Assembly (NCBI GenBank): GCA_977017575.1
Contig: CDRNVI010000021.1
Coordinates: 718,440-782,439 of the forward strand
Direction: 5' to 3'
Length of the DNA stretch: 64,000 nt
Source of the DNA: Paramoeba atlantica
Taxonomy: Eukaryota > Protista > Discosea
Shown: positions 11,487 through 23,130 of the stretch, piece after piece
How the letters are laid out: the number at the start of each line of letters is the position of its first letter
Position numbering within the stretch: the stretch's first letter is position 1
Made by a program: the position numbers and the translations under genes
Notes under the pieces: model-generated
What the model was told of the DNA's origin: nothing
Database searches by the model: none
The model's input: the letters and a program-made list of their open reading frames with translations, nothing else

Positions 11487-12490
11487 AGTGGCCAGCTGGC
11501 CCCTGGCACAATGGTGAGCCGGCCACCGCCTCTAAAAATGGCCGGCTGACTACCAAAAATTGCAATTTGTATTTCGTATACGTAAGATGAATGGCAGCGT
11601 CCAAAAAAAAGCCGCAAGCTGGCCACCTCCTGCATGAAAGGGCAGCTGGCCACTTTTTCAGGGGGTGGCCAGCTGACCACTTTTTCAGTGGGTGGCCACT
11701 GAAACGCATCTGGCCAGGTGGCCACTTTTTCGAGTGGTGGCCAGCTGGCCACTTTTTCGGAGGGCGGCCAGGTGACCACATTTTCAGTGGATGGCCAGGT
11801 GGCCACTTTTTCAGTGGATGGTCAAGTGGGCCAACTTTTCCAGAGGGTGGCCAGGTGGCCACTTTTTCAGAGGGTGGCCAGGTGGGCCAACTTTTCCAGA
11901 TGGTGACCAGGTGGCCACTTTTTCAGTGGGTGGCCAGCGGGCCACTTTTTCAGAGGGTGGTCAGCTGACCACTTTTTCAGGGGGCGGCCAGGTGACCACA
12001 TTTTCAGTGGATGGCCAGGTGGCCACTTTTTCAGTGGATGGCCAGCTGGCCACTTTTTCAGAGGGTTGCCAAGTGGGCGAACTTTTCCAGAGGGTGACCA
12101 GGTGGCCACTTTTTCAGAGGGTGGCCAAGTGGGTCAACTTTTTCAGGGGGCGGCCAGGTGACCACTTTTTCAGTGGATGGCCAGCTGGCCACTTTTTCTT
12201 AGGGTGGCCAGCTGGCCACTTTTTCAGTGGGTGGCCAGGTGGCCACTTTTTCAGAGGGTGGCCAGCGGGCCAGTTTTTCAGGGGGCGGCCAGGTGACCAC
12301 TTTTTCAGTGGATGGCCAGCTGGCCACTTTTTCAGAGAGTGGCCAGCTGACCACTTTTTCAGTGGGTGGCCAGGTGGCCACTTTTTCAGAGGGTGGCCAG
12401 GTGGCCACATTTTCAGTGGGTGGCCAACTGGGCAATTTTTCAGAGGGTGGCCAGCTGGCCACTTTTTCAGGGGGTGGCCAGCTGACCACT
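11487..12490. repeat. ~30-bp minisatellite built on the 14-bp palindrome TGGCCAGCTGGCCA
   Basis: Roughly 30 degenerate units of CCACTTTTTCAG(A/T)GGGTGGCCAG(C/G)TGG. The same core appears at ~41646 and in 30-bp repeats at 44470-44642. Confidence 0.9.
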
Positions 12491-12597
12491 TTGTCAGAAG
12501 CCAATTTTGAGAAGAAGGTTGGCATTGTTTTGCCAATTCTTACTGCGAGAACGCCCACGAAATTTACTGATCGATACGACAAAACTGTTTTTGTAGT

Positions 12598-12805
12598 ATC
12601 CAGGTATAAAGGGGCGAGGGAGATACGAAGCAACAGATGTAGTAGATGCCGACTGAAAAGAAATCGTATCTCCCTGCACGAAGTTGGCTGCAATCTAGCA
12701 AGCGCATATTGTAGGCATTTCTCGTGCAGGGAGATGTGATTTCTTTTCTGTGGGAATCTGCTACATCTGTTGCTTCGTATCTCCCTCGCCCCTTTATACC
12801 TGGAT
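12598..12805. repeat. ~205-bp palindromic element, GGGAGATAC family, variant 1
   Basis: Arms ATCCAGGTATAAAGGGGCGAGGGAGATACGAAGCAAC... and ...GTTGCTTCGTATCTCCCTCGCCCCTTTATACCTGGAT, with a few mismatches. Confidence 0.85.
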
Positions 12806-12938
12806 TACCAATTTAATATTAAATTCAAATTTGATTTCACTTATCACTATGGCGGAACTAAGCCCGGTTTACTTCAAAAGTAAATGACACCTTCTCTAAT
12901 AATCACTTTTACCTCCGTTTATATTAAAATTATACATT

Positions 12939-13607
12939 ATGGGCCTTTCTCACTCCAGTGGCTTGTCTCGAGATATGGAGCTGGAAAGAATCGCTAAGCA
13001 AAGAACTCTTGCGAAAGCGATTATTAATAAAAATCGTCAAAATTTGCAAATTGGTCTGCAAGGGATTCAAAAAAGTCAGCAATTTTACTATGTAGGAGTC
13101 TCCTATTACGCTTTGAGTATGGTCGGTTTCTCATTATCGATGTTAGGAGCCCGCACTAAGTTTCCTTCCCTTCAAAAGATTCCATGGATCGCCTTTACTG
13201 TGTCTGGCTATCTTTTAGGTGGTCAATTCTGGACGTTGCACCAGTACTATTTTCGTCATTCTGCTGCGTTGCTCGTGGAATCGATGAAAACAGAAATGAA
13301 CGAAAAAATAGAGCAATGTCCTTATCTATCTCAATATCGTGCTGAGATCAGTGCATTGGACAAGATACGGAAAGATTACCACTTGCCAAAAATTGAAAGT
13401 AAATCGAGCAAACAAAATTTCGGTATGGGTTTGTTTTCTCCTTCTCATATATCTTCAACGATTGAATCTAAGTCTAACAATTTTCCAACCGAAAATACCA
13501 TGGCATCAGAAGATCCGATGCGAAGTATAGAGGACGACATAGTCTCGCAGGTCTTGGAGCGAAATAAAGCGATGAATGCAGCCATTAATGTAAAATACAA
13601 TTCTTAG
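12939..13607 (+). CDS. Hypothetical protein with two predicted hydrophobic (membrane) segments
   Basis: 222-aa ATG-initiated ORF in unique sequence. The hydrophobic stretches are YYVGVSYYALSMVGFSLSMLGA and WIAFTVSGYLLGGQFWTL. No family was recognised. Confidence 0.6.
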   Translation: MGLSHSSGLSRDMELERIAKQRTLAKAIINKNRQNLQIGLQGIQKSQQFYYVGVSYYALSMVGFSLSMLGARTKFPSLQKIPWIAFTVSGYLLGGQFWTLHQYYFRHSAALLVESMKTEMNEKIEQCPYLSQYRAEISALDKIRKDYHLPKIESKSSKQNFGMGLFSPSHISSTIESKSNNFPTENTMASEDPMRSIEDDIVSQVLERNKAMNAAINVKYNS

Positions 13608-13904
13608 TCACCGTCTACTTTAAAAGCATAGAAAATTCATGCGCAGAAATTTTATGCGTAATCACATAATTTCTGATAACATTTTTTGCAGTCTTTTAAA
13701 CTTTGTCTTTTGTGTTATGTTAGCACTCTTTGCTAAAAAAGTTAGCCTGAATTGTGGGAGATACTATAGTACCGGATGCCCCCCAGTAAAAGAATGGTTT
13801 TTGGGTCGAAATGGCCAAATCTCTCTTACTGGGGGGGGTATGCTTTTTTGGCCAGTTTCCTCTTTTCTCCCAACTTTTGTCTAGTTTTTAACCCGGGGAA
13901 CGGT

Positions 13905-14200
13905 ATATTATTCAATAACGCTACATTATTCAAATTACACTACATTATTCAAATTAACACTATATTATTCAATTTAACACTATATTATTCAAATAACGCT
14001 ATAATATTGAAATCGCCAATTTTTGGCATGATGGACCGGATTTTAGACAAACTTTTGCATTACCATCCACCAAAATCGCATTTTTCGCTACTCACGGCGC
14101 TACTTTATTCAAATTAACACTATAATATTCAAATTAACACTATATTATTCAAATAACGCTATATTATTCAAATAGAGCCGCATAATGCTATATTATTCAA
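13905..14200. repeat. AT-rich ~20-bp tandem repeat (AACACTATATTATTCAAATT-like)
   Basis: About 10 degenerate copies in two blocks; related copies at ~10865-10950. Confidence 0.8.
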
Positions 14201-14204
14201 ACTT

Positions 14205-14740
14205 TTTTAGGCTGTTCGTTAAACGCGGTGGTTGTTTTCAACTTAGAAGCCACTCATGCTGCGCGTTTCGCGTTGAAAACTACCGCCGCGTTTAACGAAG
14301 AGCCTAAAAAAGAAAAATCGCGAAAAGATCATGCATATTCGATTTTTTAGGGGGAAAAACCTCGATTTTTCGGCAAAAAATGCGAAATTTTAAACCGAAT
14401 TTATGCCGTTTTTGATGCCTTCCCAGTAGGAGACGGATCTGACGAAAAAAACGTCGTAGAATGGTAGCTGAGGTCCCATACTCCTAAAACACGTTTTAGG
14501 AATCGATTTTGGAAAAATAATATGTTTACTTTTTTTGGGGTCAAAAAGAAATTTTTTTGGTCACCCCAAAAGTTTCGGAAATTTTGACCTTGTCGGACCC
14601 CTCCTGCGCGTACCAGGGGGGGGCGGAAAATTATCGCCGCGGCCTACTCTACCACTTCCCTGCGCTCGATTTCGAAAAACAAAAAAATCGAAAAAAAAAT
14701 CGCGACGTATGCCCCCCCTGGACCCCCCACTCGCACCCTT
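14205..14740 (+). repeat. Dispersed non-autonomous element related to the 0.9-kb array unit
   Basis: Starts with the 110-bp palindrome. Reverse-complement copies lie at ~36880-37380 and ~37480-37940 (for example GCGCTCGA..CCACTTCCCTGCG, GGAAAATTATCGCCGCGG). Confidence 0.7.
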
Positions 14741-14819
14741 ATCTGTCATAAACGCGGCACCCTTATCTGTCATAGAAACTCGCATCCTTATCTGTCATAC
14801 AGCACCCTTATCTGTCATA

Positions 14820-15865
14820 ATAAATTTTCCACAGTTATTCGCGAAAACAGAGCCAGGTTGGTAGGGCACATGCTGAGACACGACACACCCTTCGCAAATG
14901 TCATGCTTTGGAGCACGAAAGAAAATGCTCGCATTAAATCACTTTCTGAAGCATGTGCGGAGGATCTTGGTATGGACGTAGCGGAGTTATGGGAATTGGC
15001 ACAGGATCGGGAAGCATGGTGTGCAGTAGTGGGGAACTTGCGAGAGCGCCTAGAACCAATTGCGCGCTACCGTCCGGTATCGTCCTATACGAAGACCGAG
15101 GTCAATAAGATTTTGCTGTCTCCCCAGCTTACCGAGCTAGAAAAATTCGAAGCTCTGCAATTCTATGAAGAAGGTAAGGAGCAATGGCCCGATCATGAGC
15201 TACTGCACATATATTGCGACGGTTCGATGTACCGCAGAGGAAACCATGTGGGAGCAGGAGCTGCCATAGTAATATGCCAAAGCGGATTTCTAAAGCTTAC
15301 TTCGAAAGAGAAACTAAGTCCCACGTATGCTACACCGATCAGAGCTGAACTACGAGCCTTTCTAAATGCACTTCGCACGGGGAGCATCAAAGGAATACCA
15401 GTAGTGATCCATGTAGATGCTGAGCACGTTTGGAATTTCTAGCACCGCATTCGTGTGCCTTGTCAGCTGGGAAATTATTCTGACTTCGACAACTCTGATC
15501 TCCTCATGGAAATCGGCGAACTAGCGGGTAAAATTCTCGATAGCCAAAAGGTCTTTGTGGTGAAGGTGCGCGCACACTCGGGAAATACGATGAATGATCT
15601 TGCGGACACCCTAGCAAAGGCAGCATGCGAACAAGACAGTACTACGCCAGAAACAACCTCAAACTATACAAAAACTCCTGCACGACAGTTGACGGACGTA
15701 ACAGAATGTAAACACACGTTCCGTGACAAAAATACATGCTTACATAAGTGCTGTAAGCGACACCTGAATAGTCAAGGCGAATGAAAGTCGAGCTTCATTT
15801 TCAGATTATATTTCTTTGTCATTACAGAAAATTCTCTAGTCACGACAGTGACGTATTATTATTAT
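14820..15865 (+). mobile_element. 5'-truncated non-LTR retrotransposon (post-RT region plus RNase H), second family, pseudogenised
   Basis: VGHMLRHDTPF aligns with IVGHMLRHSSTF of the full LINE. RNase H motifs are YCDGS, RAELRAFLNAL, IHVDAEHVWNF and KVRAHSGNTMNDLADTLAK. There is an in-frame TAG at 15440-15442. The 3' end is the hairpin GTCAC-GACA-GTGAC plus a (TAT)n tail. Confidence 0.8.
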
Positions 15866-18800
15866 CTTTTTTAGGCTCTTCGTTAAACGCGGTGGTTGTT
15901 TTCAACTTAGAAGTCACTCATGCTGCGCGCTTCGCGTTGAAAACTACCGCCGCGTTTAACGAAGAGCCTAAAAAAGAAAATTTAGCCTGGAAAACGGGAA
16001 GATTATAGCCAAAAATAGCCGAATTTCGGGTAAAAATGGAGTGTTTTTCGCGTATTTTTGCTGTCAGAGCACTAAATCCGACATTTGCGCGTGGGAAATC
16101 ACTCGTAGGCATGAATGGAAGCCTACCGAACGTATTGGGTAGAGAATGCGACTCCAACCATACCATTCTTTCGACACAAAAATGCCCCTTTAGGTCCGAA
16201 AAATACTTTTTCACCTTTTTTAGTCAAAAATAGGTATTTTTGAGTGGCGCACCACGGTTCGAAGAAGGGACACCTTGCGAAAGCAACTGCGGAGAAAGCT
16301 AGTGTAGGTCCCAAACTATCAAAATACAATAGGGGAAACGATTTTGGAAAAATATTTTTTTTTGCCATTTTTTTCGCCAAGTTGAAATTTTTTTCAATTT
16401 TTTTTTCACCCCCGGGTAGGGGGATCGAAAATGCGCGCCAAGACGCCGGCTACCCTTTCTGCGGGTTTTTTTCGAAAACTAATTTTTTCGAAAAAATTTG
16501 CTCGACCATGACCCCCCCCCTGGACCCCCCCCTGGACCCCCCCCCTGGACCGCCCACCTGGCCCCCCCCTGGACCCCCCCCCTGGACCCCCCATTTTTTT
16601 CAATTTTTTTTTTTCTGTTTTGGACCACCGGAGCCCCCTTTTATATTTTTTTCTTCTATTGTATTACTGTGTTCCCCTTTATATTTTCACTGTTTTTGTT
16701 CACTTTTTTTTCAATTCTTTTTTAGGCTCTTCGTTAAACGCGGTGGTTGTTTTCAACTTAGAAGTCACTCTTGCTGCGCGCTTCGAGTTGAAAACTACCG
16801 CCGCGTTTAACGAAGAGCCTAAAAAAGAAAATTTATCCTGGAAAACGGAACGATTATAGCCAAAAATAGCCGAATTTCGGGTAAAAATTGGGTGATTTTT
16901 GGGTATTTTTGCTGTCAGAGCACTCAATCCGACATTTGCGCGTTGCAAATCACTCGTAGGCATGAATGGAAGCCTACCGAACGTATTGGGTAGAGAATGC
17001 GACTCCAACCATACCATTCTTTCGACACAAAAATGCCCCTTTAGGTCCGAAAAATACTTTTTCACCTTTTTTAGTCAAAAATGGGTCATTTTGAGGGGCG
17101 CACCACGGTTCGAAGAAGGGATACCTTGCGAAACCAACTGCGGAGAAAGCTAGTGTAGGTCCCAAACTATCAAAATACAATAGGGGAAACGATTTTGGAA
17201 AAATATTTTTTTTTGCCATTTTTTTCGCCAAGTTGAAATTTTTTTTCCGAGAAAATCCGAACTTGGCGGACCCGTCCTGCGGATACGCGGGGGGGTCACC
17301 CCAGGGTAGGGGGGTGGAAAATGCGCGCCAAGACCCCGGCTACCCTTTCTGCGGTTTTGTTTCGAAAACTAATTTTTTCGAAAAAATTTGCTCGACCATG
17401 ACGCCCCCCCCTGGACCCCCCCCCTGGACCCCCCCCTGGACCCCCCCGCTGGACCCCCCCCCTGGACCCCCCGATGGACCCCCCATTTTTTTTCAAATTT
17501 TTTTTCTCAGTTTTGGACCACCGGAGCCCCCTTTTATATTTTTTTCTTCTATTGTATTACTGTGTTCCCCTTTATATTTTCACTGTTTTTGTTCACGTTT
17601 TTTTTCAATAATCGAGTGTAGAGCGGTAGTTTTACAACCACCGCAATTTTCTTTTTTAGGCTCTTCGTTAAACGCGGTGGTTGTTTTCAACTTAGAAGTC
17701 ACTCATGCTGCGCGCTTCGCGTTGAAAACTACCGCCGCGTTTAACGAAGAGCCTAAAAAAGAAAATTTAGCCTGGAAAACGGAAACGATTATAGCCAAAA
17801 ATAGCCGAATTTCGGGTAAAAATGGGGTGATTTTCGCGTATTTTTGCTCTCAGAGCACTAAATCCGACATTTGCGCGTGGGAAATCACTCGTAGGCATGA
17901 ATGGAAGCCTACCGAACGTATTGTGTAGAGAATGCGACTCCAACCATACCATTCTTTCGACACAAAAATGCCCCTTTAGGTCCGAAAAATACTTTTTCAC
18001 CTTTTTTAGTCAAAAATGGGTCATTTGGAGGGGCGCACCACGGTTCGAAGAAGTGATACCTTGCGAAAACAACTGCGGAGAAAGCTAGTGTAGGTCCCAA
18101 ACTATCAAAATACAATAGGGGAAACGATTTTGGAAAAATATTTTTTTTGTCATTTTTTTCGCCAAGTTGAAATTTTTTTTCAAAAAAAATTTTCCGAAAA
18201 AATCCGAACTTGGCGGACCCGTCCTGCGGAAACGCGGGGGGGTCACCCCCGGGTAGGGGGGTGGAAAATGCGCGCCAAGACCCCGGCTACCCTTTCTGCG
18301 GTTTTTTTTCGAAAACTAATTTTTTCGAAAAAATTTGCTCGACCATGAACCCCCCCCCTGGACCACCCCCCTGGACCCCCCCCTGGACCCCCCCGCTGGA
18401 CCCCCCCCCTGGACCCCCCGATGGACCCCCCATTTTTTTCAAATTTTTTTTCTCAGTTTTGGACCACCGGAGCCCCCTTTTATATTTTTTTCTTCTATTG
18501 TATTACTGTGTTCCCCTTTATATTTTCACTGTTTTTGTTCACGTTTTTTTTCAATAATCGAGTGTAGAGCGGTAGTTTTACAACCACACCGCAATTTTCT
18601 TTTTTAGGCTCTTCGTTAAACGCGGTGGTTGTTTTCAACTTAGAAGTCACTCATGCTGCGCGCTTCGCGTTGAAAACTACCGCCGCGTTTAACGAAGAGC
18701 CTAAAAAAGAAAATTTAGCCTGGAAAACGGAAAGATTATAGCCAAAAATAGCCGAATTTCGGGTAAAAATTGGGTGATTTTTGGGTATTTTTGCTGTCAG

Positions 18801-21160
18801 AGCACTCAATCCGACATTTGCGCGTTGGAAATCACTCGTAGGCATGAATGGAAGCCTACCGAACGTATTGGGTAGAGAATGCGACTCCAACCATACCATT
18901 CTTTCGACACAAAAATGCCCCTTTAGGTCCGAAAAATACTTTTTCACCTTTTTTAGTCAAAAATGGGTCATTTTGAGGGCGCACCACGGTTCGAAGAAGG
19001 GATACCTTGCGAAACCAACTGCGGAGAAAGCTAGTGTAGGTCCCAAACTATCAAAATACAATAGGGGAAACGATTTTGGAAAAATATTTTTTTTGCCATT
19101 TTTTTCGCCAAGTTGAAATTTTTTTTCCGAGAAAATCCGAACTTGGCGGACCCGTCCTGCGGATACGCGGGGGGGTCACCCCAGGGTAGGGGGGTGGAAA
19201 ATGCGCGCCAAGACCCCGGCTACCCTTTCTGCGGTTTTGTTTCGAAAACTAATTTTTTCGAAAAAATTTGCTCGACCATGACGCCCCCCCCTGGACCCCC
19301 CCCCTGGACCCCCCCCTGGACCCCCCCGCTGGACCCCCCCCCTGGACCCCCCGATGGACCCCCCATTTTTTTCAAATTTTTTTTCTCAGTTTTGGACCAC
19401 CGGAGCCCCCTTTTATATTTTTTTCTTCTATTGTATTACTGTGTTCCCCTTTATATTTTCACTGTTTTTTGTTCACGTTTTTTTTCAATAATCGAGTGGT
19501 AGAGCGGTAGTTTTACAACCACCGCAATTTTCTTTTTTAGGCTCTTCGTTAAACGCGGTGGTTGTTTTCAACTTAGAAGTCACTCATGCTGCGCGCTTCG
19601 CGTTGAAAACTACCGCCGCGTTTAACGAAGAGCCTAAAAAAGAAAATTTAGCCTGGAAAACGGAACGATTATAGCCAAAAATAGCCGAATTTCGGGTAAA
19701 AATGGGGTGATTTTCGCGTATTTTTGCTCTCAGAGCACTAAATCCGACATTTGCGCGTGGGAAATCACTCGTAGGCATGAATGGAAGCCTACCGAACGTA
19801 TTGTGTAGAGAATGCGACTCCAACCATACCATTCTTTCGACACAAAAATGCCCCTTTAGGTCCGAAAAATACTTTTTCACCTTTTTTAGTCAAAAATGGG
19901 TCATTTGGAGGGGCGCACCACGGTTCGAAGAAGTGATACCTTGCGAAAACAACTGCGGAGAAAGCTAGTGTAGGTCCCAAACTATCAAAATACAATAGGG
20001 GAAACGATTTTGGAAAAATATTTTTTTTGTCATTTTTTTCGCCAAGTTGAAATTTTTTTCAAAAAAAATTTTCCGAAAAAATCCGAACTTGGCGGACCCG
20101 TCCTGCGGAAACGCGGGGGGGTCACCCCCGGGTAGGGGGGTGGAAAATGCGCGCCAAGACCCCGGCTACCCTTTCTGCGGTTTTTTTTCGAAAACTAATT
20201 TTTTCGAAAAAATTTGCTCGACCATGAACCCCCCCCTGGACCACCCCCCTGGACCCCCCCATGGACCCCCCATTTTTTTCAATTTTTTTTTCAGTTTTGG
20301 ACCACCGGAGCCCCCTTTTATATTTTTTTCTTCTATTATATTACTGTGTTCCTCTTTATATTTTCACTGTTTTTGTTCACTTTTTTTTCAATAATCGAGT
20401 GTAGAGCGGTAGTTTTACAACCACCGCAATAATCCAGGGTAGAGCGGTAGTTTTACAACCACCGCAATTTTCTTTTTTAGGCTCTTCGTAAAACGCGGTG
20501 GTTGTTTTCAACTTAGAAGTCACTCATGCTGCGCGCTTCGCGTTGAAAACTACCACCGCATTTTACGAAGAGTCTAAAAAAGCAAATTGGCCAGGGACGC
20601 GGAAGAAAACGGAAGGATTTGAGCCAAAAATAGCCGATTTTTAGGTTAAAATGGGGTGATTTTTGTATATAGAGCACTAAACTTGACATTTGCGTGTGGG
20701 AAATGACTCGTAGGCACGCATTCGAGGCTACAGAACGTATTGGGTAGAGAATGCGACTCCAACCACAGGATTCGTACGACCCAAAAAGACCTCTTGGTGT
20801 CCAAAAATTACTTTTTCGCATTTTTTGATCAAAAATGGGACATTTTGGGAGGCGTACCACGGCTTCAAGAAGCGACACCTCGCAAAACCAATGACGTAAA
20901 AAGCTAGAATAGGTCCCAAACTAAAAAAATACAATAGGCGAAACAACTTTGGAAAACTTTCTTTTTACCATTTTTTTCGTCAAGTTGAAATTTTTTTCAA
21001 AACAAATTTTTGACCCGTCTTGCGGATACGAGGGGGGGTCACCCCCGGGTAGGGTATGCCCCCCCCCATGGACCCCCCATTTTTTTTCAGTTTTTGTTTT
21101 CAATTTTGGACCACCGGATCCCCCTTTTATATTTTTTTCCTTTACCGCGTTTAACGAAGA
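15866..21160. repeat. Tandem array of ~850-950-bp units (5 full units plus 1 degenerate)
   Basis: The recurring shadow-ORF start MKKYFSDL lies at 16214, 17065, 18000, 18947 and 19880. Units carry the 110-bp palindrome and a (CCCCCCTGGA)n tract, and most end in the hairpin GCGGTAGTTTTACAACCACCGCAAT. Confidence 0.9.
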
Positions 21161-21847
21161 GCCTAGAAAAGAAAAATTTGACAGGAGAGTAAAAGAAACC
21201 AGAGGGTTAGTTTTGGATTTGGTCAAAAAAGAGCCGATAGTTGGGCAAAAATAGGGTTGTTTTTGCATATTTCCGCTCACATGTGTTTTCCTTCGGTTCG
21301 CACGATTTTGAACGAAGCAGGGTGGAGACCTCTTTTTTTGAAAGGCCCTTGAATTCACCCCGGCTTTTGAAGAAGGGGGGGGCTTTACCTCGTGGATTTA
21401 CCTCTTCGTTTTGATTCATTTTGTTTACGCCAGGGGTGCAGTTAATGCCATGTCGGAACGCTTTTCTGACAGTACGTTGGGTATGCACTAATTGAGTCAT
21501 CAGAAGCATATTTGTTGAATGATCAGGCTAAAAATAGAAGAAGTGATGACTGCAAATGTAGATCTGCTATGTAAATGTAAACATTTTTTTAACAAATTTA
21601 GTTTCAATTGTATTTATTTGAGTTTAGAAAATGCGAAGTTACAAATACTTACAGAGGATTTCCGAGACACAAAGTAATACCACAGAAAAACTTTGATGCG
21701 ACGAATCGTAAACAAAAAACGGTGCTGTGGACGAATTTAAGCCGAAAATTTCTCGTAAGAAAGGTGTTTTCTTTCCTTCTCCAACCTTCGAATCATGACT
21801 TCAAAATTTTAAACCAACTTTCACTTCCAAACGTCTTACACACTTAT

Positions 21848-22189
21848 TCAGAAATTTAAGTATCTGTTTCTCTTCTTTTTCCCTTTGAAGTAAACGCTCG
21901 ATGCGCGCTTCGCTTCTTCCGTAGTGCTAAAACACACGTGCGCCAGTCCCTTTTTTGATACGATTGTTATACAATCGATTTCACCATACGAAGCGTAATG
22001 CTTGGTAAGGTCTTCTTTAGCCGTAGAGGAGGGAAGGTGTTCTATTGTGATTGAGCGCTCATCACGCTCTTCGCGCGCAGAGCGCAAAACGTGTAGAGAT
22101 TCTAAGTAATCATCTCTTTTGCGCTTTGTATCTCTTTCCTTGTCGGAAATGTCGTTACCATTGGTTGATTGATTCTCCGCCGAGGCCAT
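21848..22189 (-). CDS. Small RRM-domain protein (or captured fragment)
   Basis: From the ATG at 22189: MASAENQS...ERSITIEHLPSSTAKEDLTKHYASYGEIDCITIVSKKGLAHVCFSTTEEAKRA, an RNP2/RNP1-like RRM pattern. Confidence 0.55.
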   Translation of the reverse strand: MASAENQSTNGNDISDKERDTKRKRDDYLESLHVLRSAREERDERSITIEHLPSSTAKEDLTKHYASYGEIDCITIVSKKGLAHVCFSTTEEAKRASSVYFKGKKKRNRYLNF

Positions 22190-22457
22190 AGTAAATTCAA
22201 AGAAAGTTTTCAAAAAAATCAAGCTGAGTCTAGAAACATTCAACTTAAAAAGCAATACATGAACGTAGAAGTCTTGTTTTTGAAGGGCCTGCCCGGAGGG
22301 CCCTTCGAGAGGGTGCAGATCCGCTGCCGCGGGGGGTGCTTTACCTCGTGACATGTAATTTTGAAGGAAACAAGCTTCTGATATCTTTTTTTGCAGGGCC
22401 CGCCCGGAGCGCCCTTCGAGAGGGTACAGGCCCGCTGCCGCGGTGGGTGCTTTTGAA

Positions 22458-22894
22458 AAAAAAAAAAAAATCCAAATCATTCCGGATTGCTCCGGATGGT
22501 CACTGGCAAGCCAGACCCTTCACAGACAGATTTGGAAGTTCCGAGGCCGACGTCCTCTACCAGTTTCCGCTTGTCCAAGGCGGCACCAACGTGCTGTTGC
22601 CAACACGCTGCGTCGACGAACTGTACTTCAACACGGCTTACCCAAGAGGTGTAAGCCGGGTAAGGGAGCTGGTTCCCTGAGGGGAGGGTCCGGGACGGTC
22701 CTCCGAGTACTGGGCCTAGTCGGTTATCAGCCCAGCCTCTTAGAGTGAGGCCGCCGGGAATATTGCGATGAGCGGGTTTGAACTCGCCGTCTGAGCACCA
22801 TGTGCTTCAAACTTTGAGTTCTTGCCACTCCGCCACTCCTCCCCTTTGCCACTCCGCCACTCCTCCCCTTTGCCACTCCGCCACTCCTCCCCGC
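22458..22894 (-). mobile_element. tRNA-derived SINE family 1 (Ser-like head)
   Basis: Flanked by the 13-bp TSD GGGTGCTTTTGAA (22445-22457 and 22895-22907). It has A box TGGCGGAGTGG, B box GAGTTCAAAC, a 24-nt 5' segment repeated 3 times, and an oligo-T tail. Confidence 0.85.
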
Positions 22895-23130
22895 GGGTGC
22901 TTTTGAAGCAAACAAGCTTCTGAAATTTCGATAAAAAAAATTGAAAGCAATTTTGACGGAGCGTAATTCTGCAGCCATGATGGGGACATTTTTTTTGGTA
23001 GAGGGCGCTTGAGCGTTGGGGTCACTCGCACTTCTTCTGCCGAAGCTGAAGACGCCGGGCTTGTGACCGGTATCAAGCGTGCTTCCCCCCTAGAGAGGTC
23101 TTCCTAAGAAGATCGTTTCAATCTAATTTC

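Noticed and set aside
11389-12739. Repetitive ORFs (WPAGHPLKK, GGQVATFS) and likewise the HCSHCLTW ORFs at 41574-44530 and the CKTIVF ORF at 34553-35092
   Set aside because: These are translations of tandem repeats that are open in several frames, with no evidence of coding.
11062-12787. Single TIR transposon bounded by GAGGGAGATACG and CGTATCTCCCTC (and an analogous 41235-46477 element)
   Set aside because: No flanking TSD was found, the right-hand motif is part of a self-contained palindrome, and the second candidate is crossed by a Tc1 TIR and a SINE.
13905-14200. Similarity of AATAACGCTATATTATT to the kinetoplastid spliced-leader 5' end (AACTAACGCTATTATT)
   Set aside because: It is part of an AT-rich 20-bp tandem repeat. 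The downstream SL exon core (CAGTTTCTGTAC), the GT donor and the Sm site are absent.
15440-15442. In-frame TAG in the RNase H domain as evidence of stop-codon reassignment
   Set aside because: Host genes end normally at TAG or TAA (for example eIF3a TAG at 5130-5132), and the element is a truncated, decaying copy.
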